Source: Chthoniobacterales bacterium
GTDB taxonomy: Bacteria > Verrucomicrobiota > Verrucomicrobiia > Chthoniobacterales > JACTMZ01
Length of the DNA: 64,000 nucleotides
Assembly: GCA_044359955.1 (NCBI GenBank)
Contig: JBIKLF010000014.1
Location: 41 to 64,040, forward strand
Reading direction: 5' to 3'
Below, piece by piece: positions 1 through 11,053 of the stretch (positions are counted from its first letter, which is position 1; each line of letters starts with the position of its first letter). Made by a program: the position numbers and the translations under genes. The notes beneath the pieces are model-generated. The model had not been told where the DNA came from. It did no database searches and saw nothing but the letters and a program-made list of their open reading frames with translations.

Positions 1-1625
1 GAGGGTGTCGTTTTCGGCGGAGCGCGAGTTGAGGCGGTATTTCCAGAACGAGTCCATCCTGCGGCTGGCCTGGATGCAGCGGAAAGCGAGGATCTTTTCC
101 GCGCCGGACTCCCCCCAGAACATGCCCGATTGCTTGCATCGTTTGCCGATGAGTGAGCGGCAGCCGGCTTCGACGACCCCGGAGCCGATGAAGTATTTTT
201 TGGCCCGGAAGGTTCCGTATTGCATGCGGGCGACGTTATTCACGAAGTAGCCCAGGGCGGTTTCGACCTGCGCCACATGGCCTCGAAGGAGAGCTTCTTT
301 GCGCGCCTGCTTGATGATGCGATCGACCCCGTCGTGGGCGAGGAGTTTTTTCCAGTAATGTCTGCGGCGCTTGTTGCGGGCCTCATCGCCTTTGCCCCAG
401 AGGGTTTCGATCAGGGTCTGCAGGTGCTCCATGGCGTGGTAGAAGTCCACGATCTGGACGGCTCCGGCAAAGTAATCGTGCCCGAGCTTTTCCAAGCCCG
501 GGGCACCGTCGATAAGCAGGACGATTTCCGGGACCGAAAACAAGCCCCGCCGAATGGCCTCCCGGCGCAGGCTGATGCCAAAGTCCGAGGGGCTCTGGAA
601 GGCGGAAAGGTAGGTGGTGGAGTCGTGGTCGCGCAGGGGGCGTCCTTGGTCATCTTCCTTGATCTGGGTGAAGACGCAACCCAGCGTGGCCATGCGGGTT
701 TTGGCTTTTCCGTCCGGGGCTTTGCCTTTGCGCCCCGCGAGTTCCTCCCCACGCATGGGCACTCCGGTGGCGTCCGCGCTGACGTAGAGGATTTTGGCCT
801 CACAGGGACCCGGGTCCGATTCTCTTTTCTGCCACGCCACGGCGCACTCACCGGTGCGGCCAACCACCCGCTGGATCTGACGCTCGGAGACGGTGATGCC
901 GCCGGTTTCGGCAAGGTGGAAGGAAGCTTGAAGGAAGCTGGTTTCATCGGCTCCCTCCAGGCAGATGAGCCGGGCGAGAGCCGGGGTGTAGGCCCCTTCC
1001 AAACCGAGGGCGGCATCCGCCGGGAAGTGGCCGCATTTTTTCCCGGGATGGTAGTAGTATTGGCGCATCAGCGCGAAGGTGCCGAACATACCCTGGACCA
1101 TGAGCACCTCGCGCCCCTTGGCCTGTTCGCCCGGCTTGGGGATGTAGGTCTCATCAATGCGCTCGGCGGCTTGCTGCAGGAGCATGGCCACCAGTTCGTT
1201 GGCCGGTTTGAAGATGGCGGTGCGCACAAGGACTTCCAACTCGGCCACGGCGGTTCCGGCAGGCTCTTTGCGGCGGAAAGCCGCCATCAGGTCTTGGATT
1301 TCCGCTTCTTGGGCGAGGCCGATGTTTGGGTCGGGCGTTTTTTTTTGACTCCGGTGAGACGTTCTTCCCGCGAACGGGCACTGAGGGCTTCAACGTAGCT
1401 GGCGACGAGGGTTTCAAAGCGGACATGGGCCTGGAGATTCTCCTGAACCTCACGTGCCTGATCGGCGGGAACATATTCTGAGCGGTTGCGCCCATTCTCC
1501 CATCGCTGGAAATTGAAGGCGGGCCCTTTGGCTGTTTGTCGGATTGTGGAGAGCGAACCCTTCTCCAAGCGTTGGATGGCGGTGACTTCGCGCAGGATGC
1601 TTTCTGGTGTGCTTTTTGTGTTCAT
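1..1625 (-). mobile_element. ISKra4-family DDE transposase gene, interrupted by a -1 frame change at an A9 run; 3' end runs off the window
   Basis: The N-terminal ORF (track 1287..1664; likely Met at 1625, MNTKSTPESILREV...LTGVKKK) stops about 50 nt after a T9/A9 run at 1338..1346. My own translation of the -1 frame from that run down to nt 1 is stop-free (about 445 codons). It carries ISKra4-type motifs (YVSADATGVPM, LLIDGAPG, VDFYHAMEHL, FIGSGVVEAGC, KQSGMFW). It is absent from the ORF track because it has no stop inside the window. Confidence 0.8.
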
Positions 1626-1718
1626 ACGCCAAAAGAATATATGCACATATATCTTTGTCAGCAAAAAAAGATGGGCGTTTCAAAATCTGGAAAAAATTTG
1701 TCCTGCACCCTGCTTACT

Positions 1719-2189
1719 TTAACGCTCCCAGCGGCTGAAGGGATGCACGGCGAGACTGGCGTTGAGGTAGCGAGGATCGGTGGTGACTTCTTCGCCGAGC
1801 CAAGCGGGCTGGGTGAAGACCTCGGTCTCCTCGCGCAGCTCGAGTTCGGCCATGATGAGTCCGGCATTGGCTCCGGCGAATTCGTCGACTTCCCACGTGT
1901 GGCCGTGCCACCCGACGAGATGGCGGGTCTTCTCGACGAGACGTCCGCGGCAGAGCGAAAGCATGGCGTCGGCTTCGCCCGCGGGGATTTCGTATTCGAA
2001 TTCGGGACGGCTGATCCCCTCGCCCCGGCCTTTGACCGTGAGCCAACCGTGCCGGCCGTCGGTGCGGACGCGCACCGTGTTGCCGCCGTCGATGGCGAGG
2101 TAGCCTTGGCGCAGTTGCCGGGTGGAGGAAACGCGGGCGCGCCAGCTGTCGCCCTTGACGAGAAACTTGCGTTCGATTTCCGTGCCCAT
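1719..2189 (-). CDS. CYTH-domain protein (CyaB/ThTPase-like triphosphate tunnel metalloenzyme)
   Basis: ORF 1719..2294. The family hallmark EIERKFLV follows internal Met36 directly (MGTEIERKFLVKG), so the start is set at 2189. The size then fits the family. Confidence 0.85.
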   Translation of the reverse strand: MGTEIERKFLVKGDSWRARVSSTRQLRQGYLAIDGGNTVRVRTDGRHGWLTVKGRGEGISRPEFEYEIPAGEADAMLSLCRGRLVEKTRHLVGWHGHTWEVDEFAGANAGLIMAELELREETEVFTQPAWLGEEVTTDPRYLNASLAVHPFSRWER

Positions 2190-2284
2190 ACACGGAGGAT
2201 GGTGCACGGCGCGACGGCGGCTGACCAGTCCGGGCACGGATGCGAACTTGTCCGGGGCGTGCGCACGGGTCAGTCTGGCGGGCG

Positions 2285-2635
2285 ATGAACTCATTCCTAA
2301 CCACCATGGAACAAGTCGGGATGTTCGTGGATGCGGCGGGGGTCGCCGTGATTGTGCTGGGCATCATCGGCGCGACCGGCCGCGCCCTGCTCAGCGCTCC
2401 GCCGCCGGGACTGGACCGTTACATGGCCTACCGGCAGAATTTGGGGCGGGCGATTTTGCTCGGCCTGGAGCTGCTGGTGGCGGGCGATATCATCAAAACG
2501 GTGGCCGTGGCCCCCACCCTGCAGAATATGGCGGTGCTTGGCGCCATCGTGATCATCCGCACTTTTCTCAGCTTTTCGCTGGAACTGGAAATCAACGGGC
2601 GCTGGCCTTGGCAGCAAAAACCTCCCGTGAAATGA
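2285..2635 (+). CDS. DUF1622 family small membrane protein
   Basis: ORF 2240..2635. LGRAILLGLELLVAGDIIKTV...IIRTFLSFSLELE matches the DUF1622 signature. The start is uncertain (2285 or a nearby Met). Confidence 0.8.
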   Translation: MNSFLTTMEQVGMFVDAAGVAVIVLGIIGATGRALLSAPPPGLDRYMAYRQNLGRAILLGLELLVAGDIIKTVAVAPTLQNMAVLGAIVIIRTFLSFSLELEINGRWPWQQKPPVK

Positions 2636-3408
2636 CGGATCCGGGCGTGGCCAAATTTTGGCGGTTCCTCGAGGCCCGCGCACCGTGGCTCGGCACGCCG
2701 GGCCTCCTCAAGGCGGTGGTGTTGTTCAATGCGCTGACCTTCATGTTGGTCCAGGTGGAACCGGCCTATGCGGGCATGCTCGTGCTTGATCCGGCGAAGA
2801 TCATGCAGGGTGAGGTGTGGAGGTTGGTCACTTATATTTTCATCCCGCAGACGGACAGCTGGTTCTGGCTTTTCTTCCTCCTCATGTTCATGTGGTTTCT
2901 GGCCACGGCGCTGGAGGAGAATTGGGGCGCGCTGCAGCTCAATGTTTTCTACCTCGTGGGGATGATCGGGTGCACGGTCGCGGCCTTTTTCTTCGGCGGC
3001 GCCTCGTCGAATACCTTTCTCAATCTTTCGTTGTTCTTCGCCTTCGCCACGATCGCGCCGAATTACGAAATCTTCCTCTTCTTCATCCTGCGCGTGCGGA
3101 TCAAATACATCGCGTGGGTGCTGGCCGGGCTTTTCGCCCTGCAATTTGTCGTCCTGCCGACTCCGGCCAAGATGGCCATGGCGGCCTCATTGATGAACTA
3201 CCTGGTCTTTTTCCTGCCCGGCTTGGTCAACAGCTGGCGCTCCCAGCGCACCGATGCGTTGCGTTTGGCCAAGTTCCGCCGCGCGGAGGAGGTGACCGTG
3301 CACTGTTGCGGCCATTGCGGTCGCACGGAAGTATCCCATCCGGAACTCGACTTCCGCGTGGCCGCGGACGGCGAGGAATACTGCACGGAGCACTTGCCCG
3401 GAAAGTAA
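2632..3408 (+). CDS. Polytopic membrane protein with C-terminal Cys/His zinc-ribbon-like tail (rhomboid-like fold suspected, no catalytic GxSG seen)
   Basis: This is the C-terminal 258 codons of track ORF 2122..3408. The ATG at 2632 overlaps the stop of the previous gene (ATGA). There are several hydrophobic helices, and the tail reads HCCGHCG...EYCTEH. The N-terminal 170 codons of the track ORF look like non-coding read-through. Confidence 0.7.
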   Translation: MTDPGVAKFWRFLEARAPWLGTPGLLKAVVLFNALTFMLVQVEPAYAGMLVLDPAKIMQGEVWRLVTYIFIPQTDSWFWLFFLLMFMWFLATALEENWGALQLNVFYLVGMIGCTVAAFFFGGASSNTFLNLSLFFAFATIAPNYEIFLFFILRVRIKYIAWVLAGLFALQFVVLPTPAKMAMAASLMNYLVFFLPGLVNSWRSQRTDALRLAKFRRAEEVTVHCCGHCGRTEVSHPELDFRVAADGEEYCTEHLPGK

Positions 3409-3440
3409 GGGTCGCGCCGGGCCGCCGCGGCGAACCCCCG

Positions 3441-5399
3441 CTAAAATTTCCGCGCCGTGCGAGTCTGCTGATACATCTCGTCGACCAGCTCGGAATATTT
3501 TTCGGTGATGACGTGACGCTTGGGTTTGAAGGTGGCGGTCAGTTCATCGCCGACTTCGAAGGGCTTGGGGACGAAGCGCCAGGCGGGAACGAATTCGAAA
3601 GGTTTGAACCCCTGCTCGCGGCTGACCAGACGCCGGACTTCGGCGTTGATGGCCTCGGCGATGCGCGGGTCGCGCCCGGCCGCCGTCAGGTCATCAACGG
3701 CGAAGCCCTGGGCCTTGAGTGCTTCGACGGACGGCACGATGAGGGCGCCGAGATTTTTTTCGTCTTGGCCGACGACCATGCATTGCTCGATGAAGCGCGA
3801 CTCCAGAAGTTTGGCTTCAATGGGGACGGGTTCGACGTTTTCCCCGCTGAGGAGGACGATGGTTTCCTTCGAGCGGCCGAGGATTTTCAGGCAGTCATTG
3901 AAGGTGACCATGCCGATATCCCCGGTGTTCATCCATCCATCCTTGAGCACCTTGGCGGTGGCCTCGGGGTTTTTGTAGTAGCCCTTCATGACCTGCGGGC
4001 CTTTGGCGTGGATCTCGCCCTTGCGGCCCCGGCCGCCTTGGCCGGAAACCCCCGAGGGATAGATCACCGTGCCGTCTGCCGGATCGACGATGCGGATCTC
4101 GGTGTGCGGCCAGAAGGGACCGACGGTGCCGATGACCAGCTGGCGCCAGGTGCGCACGGCGAGGACGGGCGAGGTCTCGGTCATGCCATAGCCCTCGAGC
4201 ACAGGGATGCCGATGAAATTGAAAAATTCATCGATGTGCGGCGGGAGGGCCCCTCCGCCGGAGACCGTGCCGCGGAACTCGCCCCCGACGACACCGCGCA
4301 ACTTTCGGAGCACGAGGACATCGAGAATTTTGTGGGGCAGCGCGTAAAGAAGAAGCTTCACGAGACTGGAGGCGGCTAGGCCGAGAGATTGCGACATGGA
4401 GCGGCCGTGCAGGTCGAGGAGGCGACCGGTGAGAAAAAACCACGCCGATTGGTATTCGCGCGAGCAATGATAGGCGGCGCGGAAGAGGGCGCGGCGCAAG
4501 GGCGGAGCTTGGGCGACATTCTGCAGGATGCGATGGTAGAGGCCTTCCCAAAGCCGGGGAGCGGAGGCCATCCAGGTCGGACGGGCTTTCCGCAAGTCCT
4601 CCCCGACCGCCCGCAGGCTGGTGTAGTAGGTGCAACTGCCGTGGCTGACCGTGACCATTTCGAAGACACGCTCGTAGCTGTGCCAAACGGGCAGGATGGA
4701 GAGGATGCGGTCACCCGGGGTCAGATCGAACGGGAGATAACGCGCCTGGGAGAGCATGTTGTCGTGCGTAAGCATGACGCCTTTGGGTTCCCCGGTGGTG
4801 CCGGAGGTGTAAATGATGGTGAAGAGGTCGTCACCCTTGATGCCGGCGAGTCGTTCCTCGATGACCCGGTCGCCGGTCGCGCGCAGGTGGCGTCCGCGCT
4901 CGAGCAGATCGGATAGTTTGTGCACTCCGCTGCCTTCGGGCGGCTCACCCTCGAGAAGGACGATATTTTTCACCTTCGGCAGAGCGGCGCGGACCGCGAG
5001 CACGCGCTGCAGCACACTCTTGTTCTCGGCGACGAGGAGTACCGCGTCACTGTGGGCCACGATAAAGGCCATCTCTTGTTCGGTGGTATCCGCCGCGCGT
5101 GGCACGTCGGCCCCGCCGCAGAGAAGAACCGCCGCATCGCAGAGCATCCACTCGGGGCGGTTATCCGAGACAATGGCCACCTGCTGACGGGCCTGCAGTC
5201 CGAGCCCGATCAAGGCTGTGCCCAGCGCGCATGCGGTGTCATAAAGCTCACGGTAGCTGCGAGTCTGAAAATCGGCATTCTTCCCCCGGTGGGCTTGAGC
5301 CGGGAAACTCCCGTAGACCTCGCCCGCCAAACGGTAGAGGTCGGCAATATTCGCCGCGCGGTCATAAATACGAAGGTCGCGGGCAGCCGGGGAACTCAT
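3441..5399 (-). CDS. Long-chain fatty-acid--CoA ligase (AMP-dependent synthetase/ligase family)
   Basis: ORF 3441..5477. AMP-binding motif IIYTSGTTGEPKGVMLTH, later GYGMTETS and TGDIG. Start placed at Met27 (MSSPAARD). Confidence 0.9.
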   Translation of the reverse strand: MSSPAARDLRIYDRAANIADLYRLAGEVYGSFPAQAHRGKNADFQTRSYRELYDTACALGTALIGLGLQARQQVAIVSDNRPEWMLCDAAVLLCGGADVPRAADTTEQEMAFIVAHSDAVLLVAENKSVLQRVLAVRAALPKVKNIVLLEGEPPEGSGVHKLSDLLERGRHLRATGDRVIEERLAGIKGDDLFTIIYTSGTTGEPKGVMLTHDNMLSQARYLPFDLTPGDRILSILPVWHSYERVFEMVTVSHGSCTYYTSLRAVGEDLRKARPTWMASAPRLWEGLYHRILQNVAQAPPLRRALFRAAYHCSREYQSAWFFLTGRLLDLHGRSMSQSLGLAASSLVKLLLYALPHKILDVLVLRKLRGVVGGEFRGTVSGGGALPPHIDEFFNFIGIPVLEGYGMTETSPVLAVRTWRQLVIGTVGPFWPHTEIRIVDPADGTVIYPSGVSGQGGRGRKGEIHAKGPQVMKGYYKNPEATAKVLKDGWMNTGDIGMVTFNDCLKILGRSKETIVLLSGENVEPVPIEAKLLESRFIEQCMVVGQDEKNLGALIVPSVEALKAQGFAVDDLTAAGRDPRIAEAINAEVRRLVSREQGFKPFEFVPAWRFVPKPFEVGDELTATFKPKRHVITEKYSELVDEMYQQTRTARKF

Positions 5400-5492
5400 G
5401 AGCCTGTCAGATTTACCGAGCTGAGGCTGGCACGGCACGTCAAAAAAGGCCGCCGCCTGCGACGGGGAGAATACCACGGCTGACGGGAACCT

Positions 5493-5984
5493 CTACCTCT
5501 TCGCTTTCTTTTTCGTCGGGGCGACCGGTTTGAGGAGAACCTCGACCATGACCATCGGGCCGGTCTCCCCGGCGGCGTTGAGATCGTAAACGCCGCGTTC
5601 CACAGATTCACGGAAAAGGACCTCCACGCTGGACGGGACGTTGGCCACAACCCGCACCGTTTCGCCATCATTCCACGAAGAGGCCGTCCCGCCGACGCCC
5701 GCCGCCAAGCGCACCACGCGCTGCAGTTCATCCTCGATTTTCTCCATGGGTAATTCCACGGCCATCGCCCCCTCGCCCAAGGTCGGAGCAGGCAGCAGAA
5801 CATCGGCGGCTTTCTCCAACGATTGCCGGAGCGCCTCGCTGAATTGGGCCTCGGCGGCGCGCTGCTCGGCGCGCTCCTGCCACATGCCGCGGACGCCGGA
5901 GATGATGAGCCCGAGTGGCAGGAGGAGGGCGGCCAAGACCACAACAGCGATGATGATGAGTTTGCGGATCCGCACATTGTCCAT
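5493..5984 (-). CDS. Hypothetical membrane-anchored protein
   Basis: ORF 5493..6041. Met20 is followed by one hydrophobic helix (IIIAVVVLAALLLPLGLII). GC3-rich codons. I recognise no family. Confidence 0.55.
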   Translation of the reverse strand: MDNVRIRKLIIIAVVVLAALLLPLGLIISGVRGMWQERAEQRAAEAQFSEALRQSLEKAADVLLPAPTLGEGAMAVELPMEKIEDELQRVVRLAAGVGGTASSWNDGETVRVVANVPSSVEVLFRESVERGVYDLNAAGETGPMVMVEVLLKPVAPTKKKAKR

Positions 5985-6085
5985 GCCGGCATCATGAACG
6001 AATCCGCCGCCGCGGGCAAACCCCGGAAGACCACGCGGCATTTGACCCCGGAGCGCGCGTCAAGGATACTGCCCGGTCCTACGCC

Positions 6086-7876
6086 ATGCGGAACACGCGC
6101 AATTTTTGCATCATCGCCCACATCGACCACGGCAAGACAACTTTGTCCGACCGCCTGCTCGAGATGACGCGCACCATTTCCGAGCGGGAGAAGCAGGACC
6201 AGTTGCTCGATTCGATGGATCTCGAGCGCGAGCGGGGCATCACGATCAAAATGCATCCCGTGGCCATGCGTTACGTGGCCCAAGACGGCCAAGAGTACAA
6301 ACTCAACCTGCTCGACACGCCCGGGCACGTGGACTTCGCCTACGAAGTTTCCCGCTCCCTCGCCGCCTGCGAGGGCGCCCTGGTCATCGTGGACGCCGCG
6401 CAGGGGGTCGAGGCGCAGACCGTTGCCACCGTGCATCTGGCCAACCAACAAGGGCTCACCATCGTCCCGGTGATCAACAAGATCGACCTGCCGAATGCCG
6501 ACATCCCCACGGTCAAAAAACAACTTGAAGACATCCTGGCCATTCCGGCCAGCGAAGCCATTCTGGCCAGCGCGAAGGCGGGCCTCGGTATCGAGGATAT
6601 CCTTGAGGCCGTCATCCACCGCATCCCGCCGCCGACCCAATGGCCGGACGACAAGGTGCGGGCGCTGGTTTTCGATTCGACCTTCGATTCCTATCGCGGG
6701 GTCGTCACCTACGTCCGCATGATGAGCGGCTCGCTCAAAGCCGGCGACGGCGTCAAGATGATGAGCAACAACCGGCCTTACGAAGTGAAAGAGGTCGGCG
6801 TCTTCACCCCGAAAATGGAGGCAAGGGAAAGCCTCGGACCGGGCGACACGGGCTACGTGATCGCCAATATCAAGACATCGACGGAGATCAAGATCGGCGA
6901 CACGCTCACCGGCACGCGCTTCCCCGCCACCGAGGCTTTGCCGGGATTCCAGGAGATCCAGCCGATGGTGTTCAGCGGTGTTTATCCGATCAACACGGCG
7001 GATTTCGAACACCTCAAAACGGCGATGGCGAAGTTGCAGATCAATGACTCATCGTTCGTCTTCCAGGCCGAAAGCAGCGTGGCCCTCGGTTTCGGCTTCC
7101 GCTGCGGGTTTCTCGGACTGCTTCACATGGAGATCATCCTCGAGCGCCTGCGTCGCGAGTATGACATGGATATCATCGCGACGTATCCGTCGGTCATCTA
7201 CGAAGTGGTGAAAACCAACGGCGAGATCCTCCACGTGGACAACCCGGAGTATCTGCCCGACTTCAGCGTCATCGAGGAAATCCGCGAGCCAATCGTCAAG
7301 TGCTTCATCATGGTGCCGAACGAATACATCTCCCCGCTCCTGCAGCTTATCATGGAGAAGCGCGGCCAACTGGACCACACGGAGTCGCTCGACACACGCC
7401 GGGTCATGCTGACCTGCGTGCTGCCGCTGAACGAAATTCTCGTCGACTTCAACGACAAGATCAAAAGCATCACCCGCGGCTACGGCTCGATGGACTACGA
7501 GCACGCCGGCACCCGGGCCGACAAACTGGTGAAACTCGACCTGCTGGTCAACGGCGAGCCGGTCGATGCCTTTTCCTCCATCGTGCACCGCGACAAGGCC
7601 GAAGCGCGCGGACGCCAACTCGCGGCCAAGCTGAAGGAAGTCATCCCCACCCAACTTTACCAAGTCGCCATCCAGGCCGCCATCGGCGGAAAGATTGTGG
7701 CCCGCGAAAGTGTCAGCGCCATGCGCAAGAACGTCACGGCCAAGTGCTACGGCGGCGACATCACCCGCAAGCGCAAGCTTCTCGAGAAACAGAAGGAAGG
7801 CAAAAAGCGGATGAAGAGCATCGGCCGGGTCAATATTCCGCAGGAAGCTTTCATCGAAGTTTTGAAATCGGGCTGA
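6086..7876 (+). CDS. lepA: Translation elongation factor 4 (LepA)
   Basis: 596 aa. N-terminus IRNFCIIAHIDHGKTTLSDRLLE, DTPGHVDF, NKIDL, and C-terminal LepA-specific KLLEKQKEGKKRMK...IPQEAF. Confidence 0.98.
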   Translation: MRNTRNFCIIAHIDHGKTTLSDRLLEMTRTISEREKQDQLLDSMDLERERGITIKMHPVAMRYVAQDGQEYKLNLLDTPGHVDFAYEVSRSLAACEGALVIVDAAQGVEAQTVATVHLANQQGLTIVPVINKIDLPNADIPTVKKQLEDILAIPASEAILASAKAGLGIEDILEAVIHRIPPPTQWPDDKVRALVFDSTFDSYRGVVTYVRMMSGSLKAGDGVKMMSNNRPYEVKEVGVFTPKMEARESLGPGDTGYVIANIKTSTEIKIGDTLTGTRFPATEALPGFQEIQPMVFSGVYPINTADFEHLKTAMAKLQINDSSFVFQAESSVALGFGFRCGFLGLLHMEIILERLRREYDMDIIATYPSVIYEVVKTNGEILHVDNPEYLPDFSVIEEIREPIVKCFIMVPNEYISPLLQLIMEKRGQLDHTESLDTRRVMLTCVLPLNEILVDFNDKIKSITRGYGSMDYEHAGTRADKLVKLDLLVNGEPVDAFSSIVHRDKAEARGRQLAAKLKEVIPTQLYQVAIQAAIGGKIVARESVSAMRKNVTAKCYGGDITRKRKLLEKQKEGKKRMKSIGRVNIPQEAFIEVLKSG

Positions 7877-7920
7877 CCGGGCGGCCGGGTTCCGGCCATA
7901 AGCAACAACTCGATCGGCGG

Positions 7921-7985
7921 GTAGGGACACGCGGCCCGCGTGTCCGTTGTTCAGAGAGCGGACGAGCGGGCCGCTCGTCCCTACC
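7921..7985. repeat. Paired-hairpin palindromic element (GTAGGGAC ... GTCCCTAC), family 1, copy 1
   Basis: Two 9-bp-stem / 3-nt-loop hairpins (GGACACGCG-GCC-CGCGTGTCC and GGACGAGCG-GGC-CGCTCGTCC) lie inside outer inverted GTAGGGA/TCCCTAC ends. The same architecture recurs at 45016..45082 and 48994..49057. Confidence 0.85.
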
Positions 7986-8136
7986 TTAAGAGGTAAAGTC
8001 CACAACCTTTTCGGGTTTGGTATTAGCCGGAACGATGCCGTTGAAGGCATAAAGTAGCACGGGCATCCTGCCCGTGACTTCAAGACATCATCGGCAGGAT
8101 GCCGATGCCACTCCTGACGAATCTCTGCGGTTTCCT

Positions 8137-10953
8137 CTACGCCGCCGCCATCAACTCCCGCAGCACAAAAGGCAGAATGCCGCCGTGGCGGTAGTATTCG
8201 ACCTCGATCGGGGTATCGATGCGCAGAACGACCGGGACATCTTGGGTAGCGCCGTCGGCTTTGGTGATGCGCAGGGTGAGTTTCTCGCGGGGTTTGACCT
8301 CCTCGGAGAGGCCAAGCACATCAAAGGTCTCCGAGCCATCCAGCCCGAGCGTCTGGGCACTCGTCCCTTCCTCGAACTGCAGCGGCAGCACACCCATGCC
8401 GACGAGATTCGATCGATGGATGCGCTCATAGCTCTGGGCGACCACGGCCTTGACCCCGAGCAGCATCGTGCCCTTGGCCGCCCAGTCGCGGCTGGAGCCC
8501 GTGCCGTATTCCTGACCGGCCAGCACGACCAACGGAGTGCGGTCACTTTTGTAATGTTCCGCCGCATCGTAGATGGCCATGACCTCGCCTTCCTTCGCGC
8601 CCTTGGCGAAATATTTGGTCACCCCGCCTTCCACCCCGGGCACCATCAAGTTTTTGATCCGCACGTTGGCGAACGTGCCGCGGGTCATGATGCGGTCATT
8701 GCCGCGTCGTGATCCGTAGCTGTTGAAGTCCTGCGGTGCGACGCCGTGCTCGACCAGATACCGGCCGGCCGGCGAAGCGGCCTTGATCGCGCCCGCGGGC
8801 GAAATGTGGTCGGTCGTGACCGAGTCGCCGAAAATACCGAGGGGGCGCGCCCCCTTGATGTCGGCCATCGTGCCCGGCTGCATCGAGAAATTGGCGAAAA
8901 ATGGCGGATTCTGGATGTAGGTGCTGTGGTCGTCCCACGCGTAAAGCTGTCCGGCCGATCCGGGAACTTCGTTCCACTTGGGATTCTGCTCGGCAAAGTC
9001 GCGGTAGAGCTTGCGGAAAATCTCCGGCTTGAGCGCCGACTGCATCGCGGTGCGGATTTCCTCCAACGTCGGCCAGAGATCGCGCAGGTAGACGTCCTTG
9101 CCTTCGCTGTCTTGCCCGAGCGGTTCTTTGGTCAGGTCGATGTCGACCCGTCCGGCCAGCGCAAAAGCCACCACGAGCGGCGGCGACATGAGGAAGTTCG
9201 CTTTCACATTCTGGTGCACGCGGGCCTCGAAATTGCGGTTGCCGGAGAGCACGGAGGCGGCCACGAGATCGTGGCTGGTGATCGCCTCTTCGACCGCTTG
9301 CGGGAGCGGGCCGGAATTGCCAATGCACGTCGTGCATCCGTAGCCGACAATTTGAAAGCCGAGCTGGTCGAGGTAGGGCTGGAGTCCGGTGGAACGCAGG
9401 TAGTCCTGCACCACGCGGGAGCCCGGAGCCAGCGAGGTCTTCACCGCGGGCGAAATATGGAGCCCGCGCTCGACCGCCTTCTTGGCCAGCAAGCCCGCGC
9501 CAAGCATGACGCTTGGATTACTGGTGTTGGTGCAACTGGTGATCGCGGCGATGACCACACTGCCGTGGTCGAGGGCCGCGGCTCCGTTGCCGGCGCGGCC
9601 CCGCACATCATCCGGAGTGGGCCGGTCCTCCTCCATTTCCTCCACCTGCTTTTTTTCGTCGGCCGGCATGTCGAAGCGCGGATGATCCACTTTGATTTCC
9701 GCCGGTTGTCCGCGCGAGGCCGCGGGCTTGTTGTATCCGCCCTCGGCCACCGGCTTTTCGAGCAGGGATGCGAAGGTCGCTTTGAGGTCGGGCAGGTTGA
9801 TGCGGTCCTGCGGACGCTTCGGACCGGCCACGCCCGGCTGCACCGAGGCGAGGTCGAGTTCGAGATCGGTGCTGTAGTCGATATCGCCCTTCTTCGGCAT
9901 GCCGAACATTTGCTGCGCCTTGAAGTAAGCCTCGAATGCAGCACACTGCTCATCGGTCCGACCGGTGCTGCGGAGGTAGTTCACCGACTCCGCATCAACC
10001 GGGAAATAGCCCATGGTGGCCCCGTATTCCGGCGCCATGTTGGCGATGGTCGCGCGGTCGGGGAGCGGAAGCGAAGCCGCCCCCTCCCCGTAGAACTCGA
10101 CAAATTTCCCGACCACCTTCGTCTGGCGGAGCAGCTCGGTGACATGCAGGGCGAGGTCCGTCGCGGTGACGCCTTCGCGCAGGCGGCCGGTGAGATGAAC
10201 CCCCACCACTTCGGGGGTGAGGAAATAAACGGGTTGACCAAGCATGCCGGCTTCCGCCTCGATGCCGCCAACCCCCCAGCCCACCACGCCGAGGCCGTTG
10301 ATCATGGTGGTGTGCGAATCCGTGCCGACCAACGTGTCGGGGTAGTAAAGTTCGCGCCCGTCGATCGATTGCGAGAGCACTCCCTTGGCGAGGTATTCGA
10401 GATTCACCTGGTGGACAATGCCGATGCCGGGCGGGATCACCCCGAAGGTCTGGAAGGCCTGCTGCCCCCATTTGAGAAACTGGTAACGCTCGCGGTTGCG
10501 CTTGAATTCCATCTCGAGGTTGAGACGCAGCGCGTCGGCACTGCCGAAGAAGTCCACCTGCACGGAGTGGTCGACCACCAGATCAACCGGAACGAGGGGC
10601 TCGATCATGGCGGGATCCTGGCCCGCGGCGGCGACCGCATTGCGCATGGCGGCCAAGTCGACCAGGAGGGGCACCCCGGTGAAATCTTGCAGCACGATGC
10701 GGGCGACCACGAAGGGAATCTCCTCGGAGGCCGGCTTCTTCGCCTGCCACGCGGCCAGGACGCGCACATCCTGCTCGCGGACTTTTCTTCCGTCGCAATT
10801 GCGGAGCACGGACTCCAAAACAATGCGGATGCTGACCGGCAGCCGCGAGATCGGACCGAGCCCGGCGGCCTCCAGACGGGGCAGCGAATAAAAGACTCCC
10901 TCGCGCCCGGGGGCAGGCGTGAATTTTTCCAGAGCGGCAAACGGATCGTGCAT
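8137..10953 (-). CDS. acnA: Aconitate hydratase A
   Basis: Track ORF 8137..11343. The conserved AcnA N-terminus starts at Met131 ([11 protein letters not shown]...YSLPRLE). Cluster-ligand regions are [10 protein letters not shown] and [10 protein letters not shown]. About 938 aa. Confidence 0.97.
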   Translation of the reverse strand: MHDPFAALEKFTPAPGREGVFYSLPRLEAAGLGPISRLPVSIRIVLESVLRNCDGRKVREQDVRVLAAWQAKKPASEEIPFVVARIVLQDFTGVPLLVDLAAMRNAVAAAGQDPAMIEPLVPVDLVVDHSVQVDFFGSADALRLNLEMEFKRNRERYQFLKWGQQAFQTFGVIPPGIGIVHQVNLEYLAKGVLSQSIDGRELYYPDTLVGTDSHTTMINGLGVVGWGVGGIEAEAGMLGQPVYFLTPEVVGVHLTGRLREGVTATDLALHVTELLRQTKVVGKFVEFYGEGAASLPLPDRATIANMAPEYGATMGYFPVDAESVNYLRSTGRTDEQCAAFEAYFKAQQMFGMPKKGDIDYSTDLELDLASVQPGVAGPKRPQDRINLPDLKATFASLLEKPVAEGGYNKPAASRGQPAEIKVDHPRFDMPADEKKQVEEMEEDRPTPDDVRGRAGNGAAALDHGSVVIAAITSCTNTSNPSVMLGAGLLAKKAVERGLHISPAVKTSLAPGSRVVQDYLRSTGLQPYLDQLGFQIVGYGCTTCIGNSGPLPQAVEEAITSHDLVAASVLSGNRNFEARVHQNVKANFLMSPPLVVAFALAGRVDIDLTKEPLGQDSEGKDVYLRDLWPTLEEIRTAMQSALKPEIFRKLYRDFAEQNPKWNEVPGSAGQLYAWDDHSTYIQNPPFFANFSMQPGTMADIKGARPLGIFGDSVTTDHISPAGAIKAASPAGRYLVEHGVAPQDFNSYGSRRGNDRIMTRGTFANVRIKNLMVPGVEGGVTKYFAKGAKEGEVMAIYDAAEHYKSDRTPLVVLAGQEYGTGSSRDWAAKGTMLLGVKAVVAQSYERIHRSNLVGMGVLPLQFEEGTSAQTLGLDGSETFDVLGLSEEVKPREKLTLRITKADGATQDVPVVLRIDTPIEVEYYRHGGILPFVLRELMAAA

Positions 10954-11053
10954 GACCTTCCAAGAAATCTTCGTCGTCGTCTGTCGGCAAGCTTGAATTC
11001 GCCGCACCGCAAGTTGCTCTTGCCACCCCAAGCCCGGCCGTCTTTGCTCTCCC

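Noticed and set aside
2122-2631. N-terminal 170 codons of track ORF 2122..3408
   Set aside because: This stretch is Arg/Gly/Pro-rich and overlaps the DUF1622 gene in another frame. The membrane protein has a good ATG at 2632, overlapping the upstream stop.
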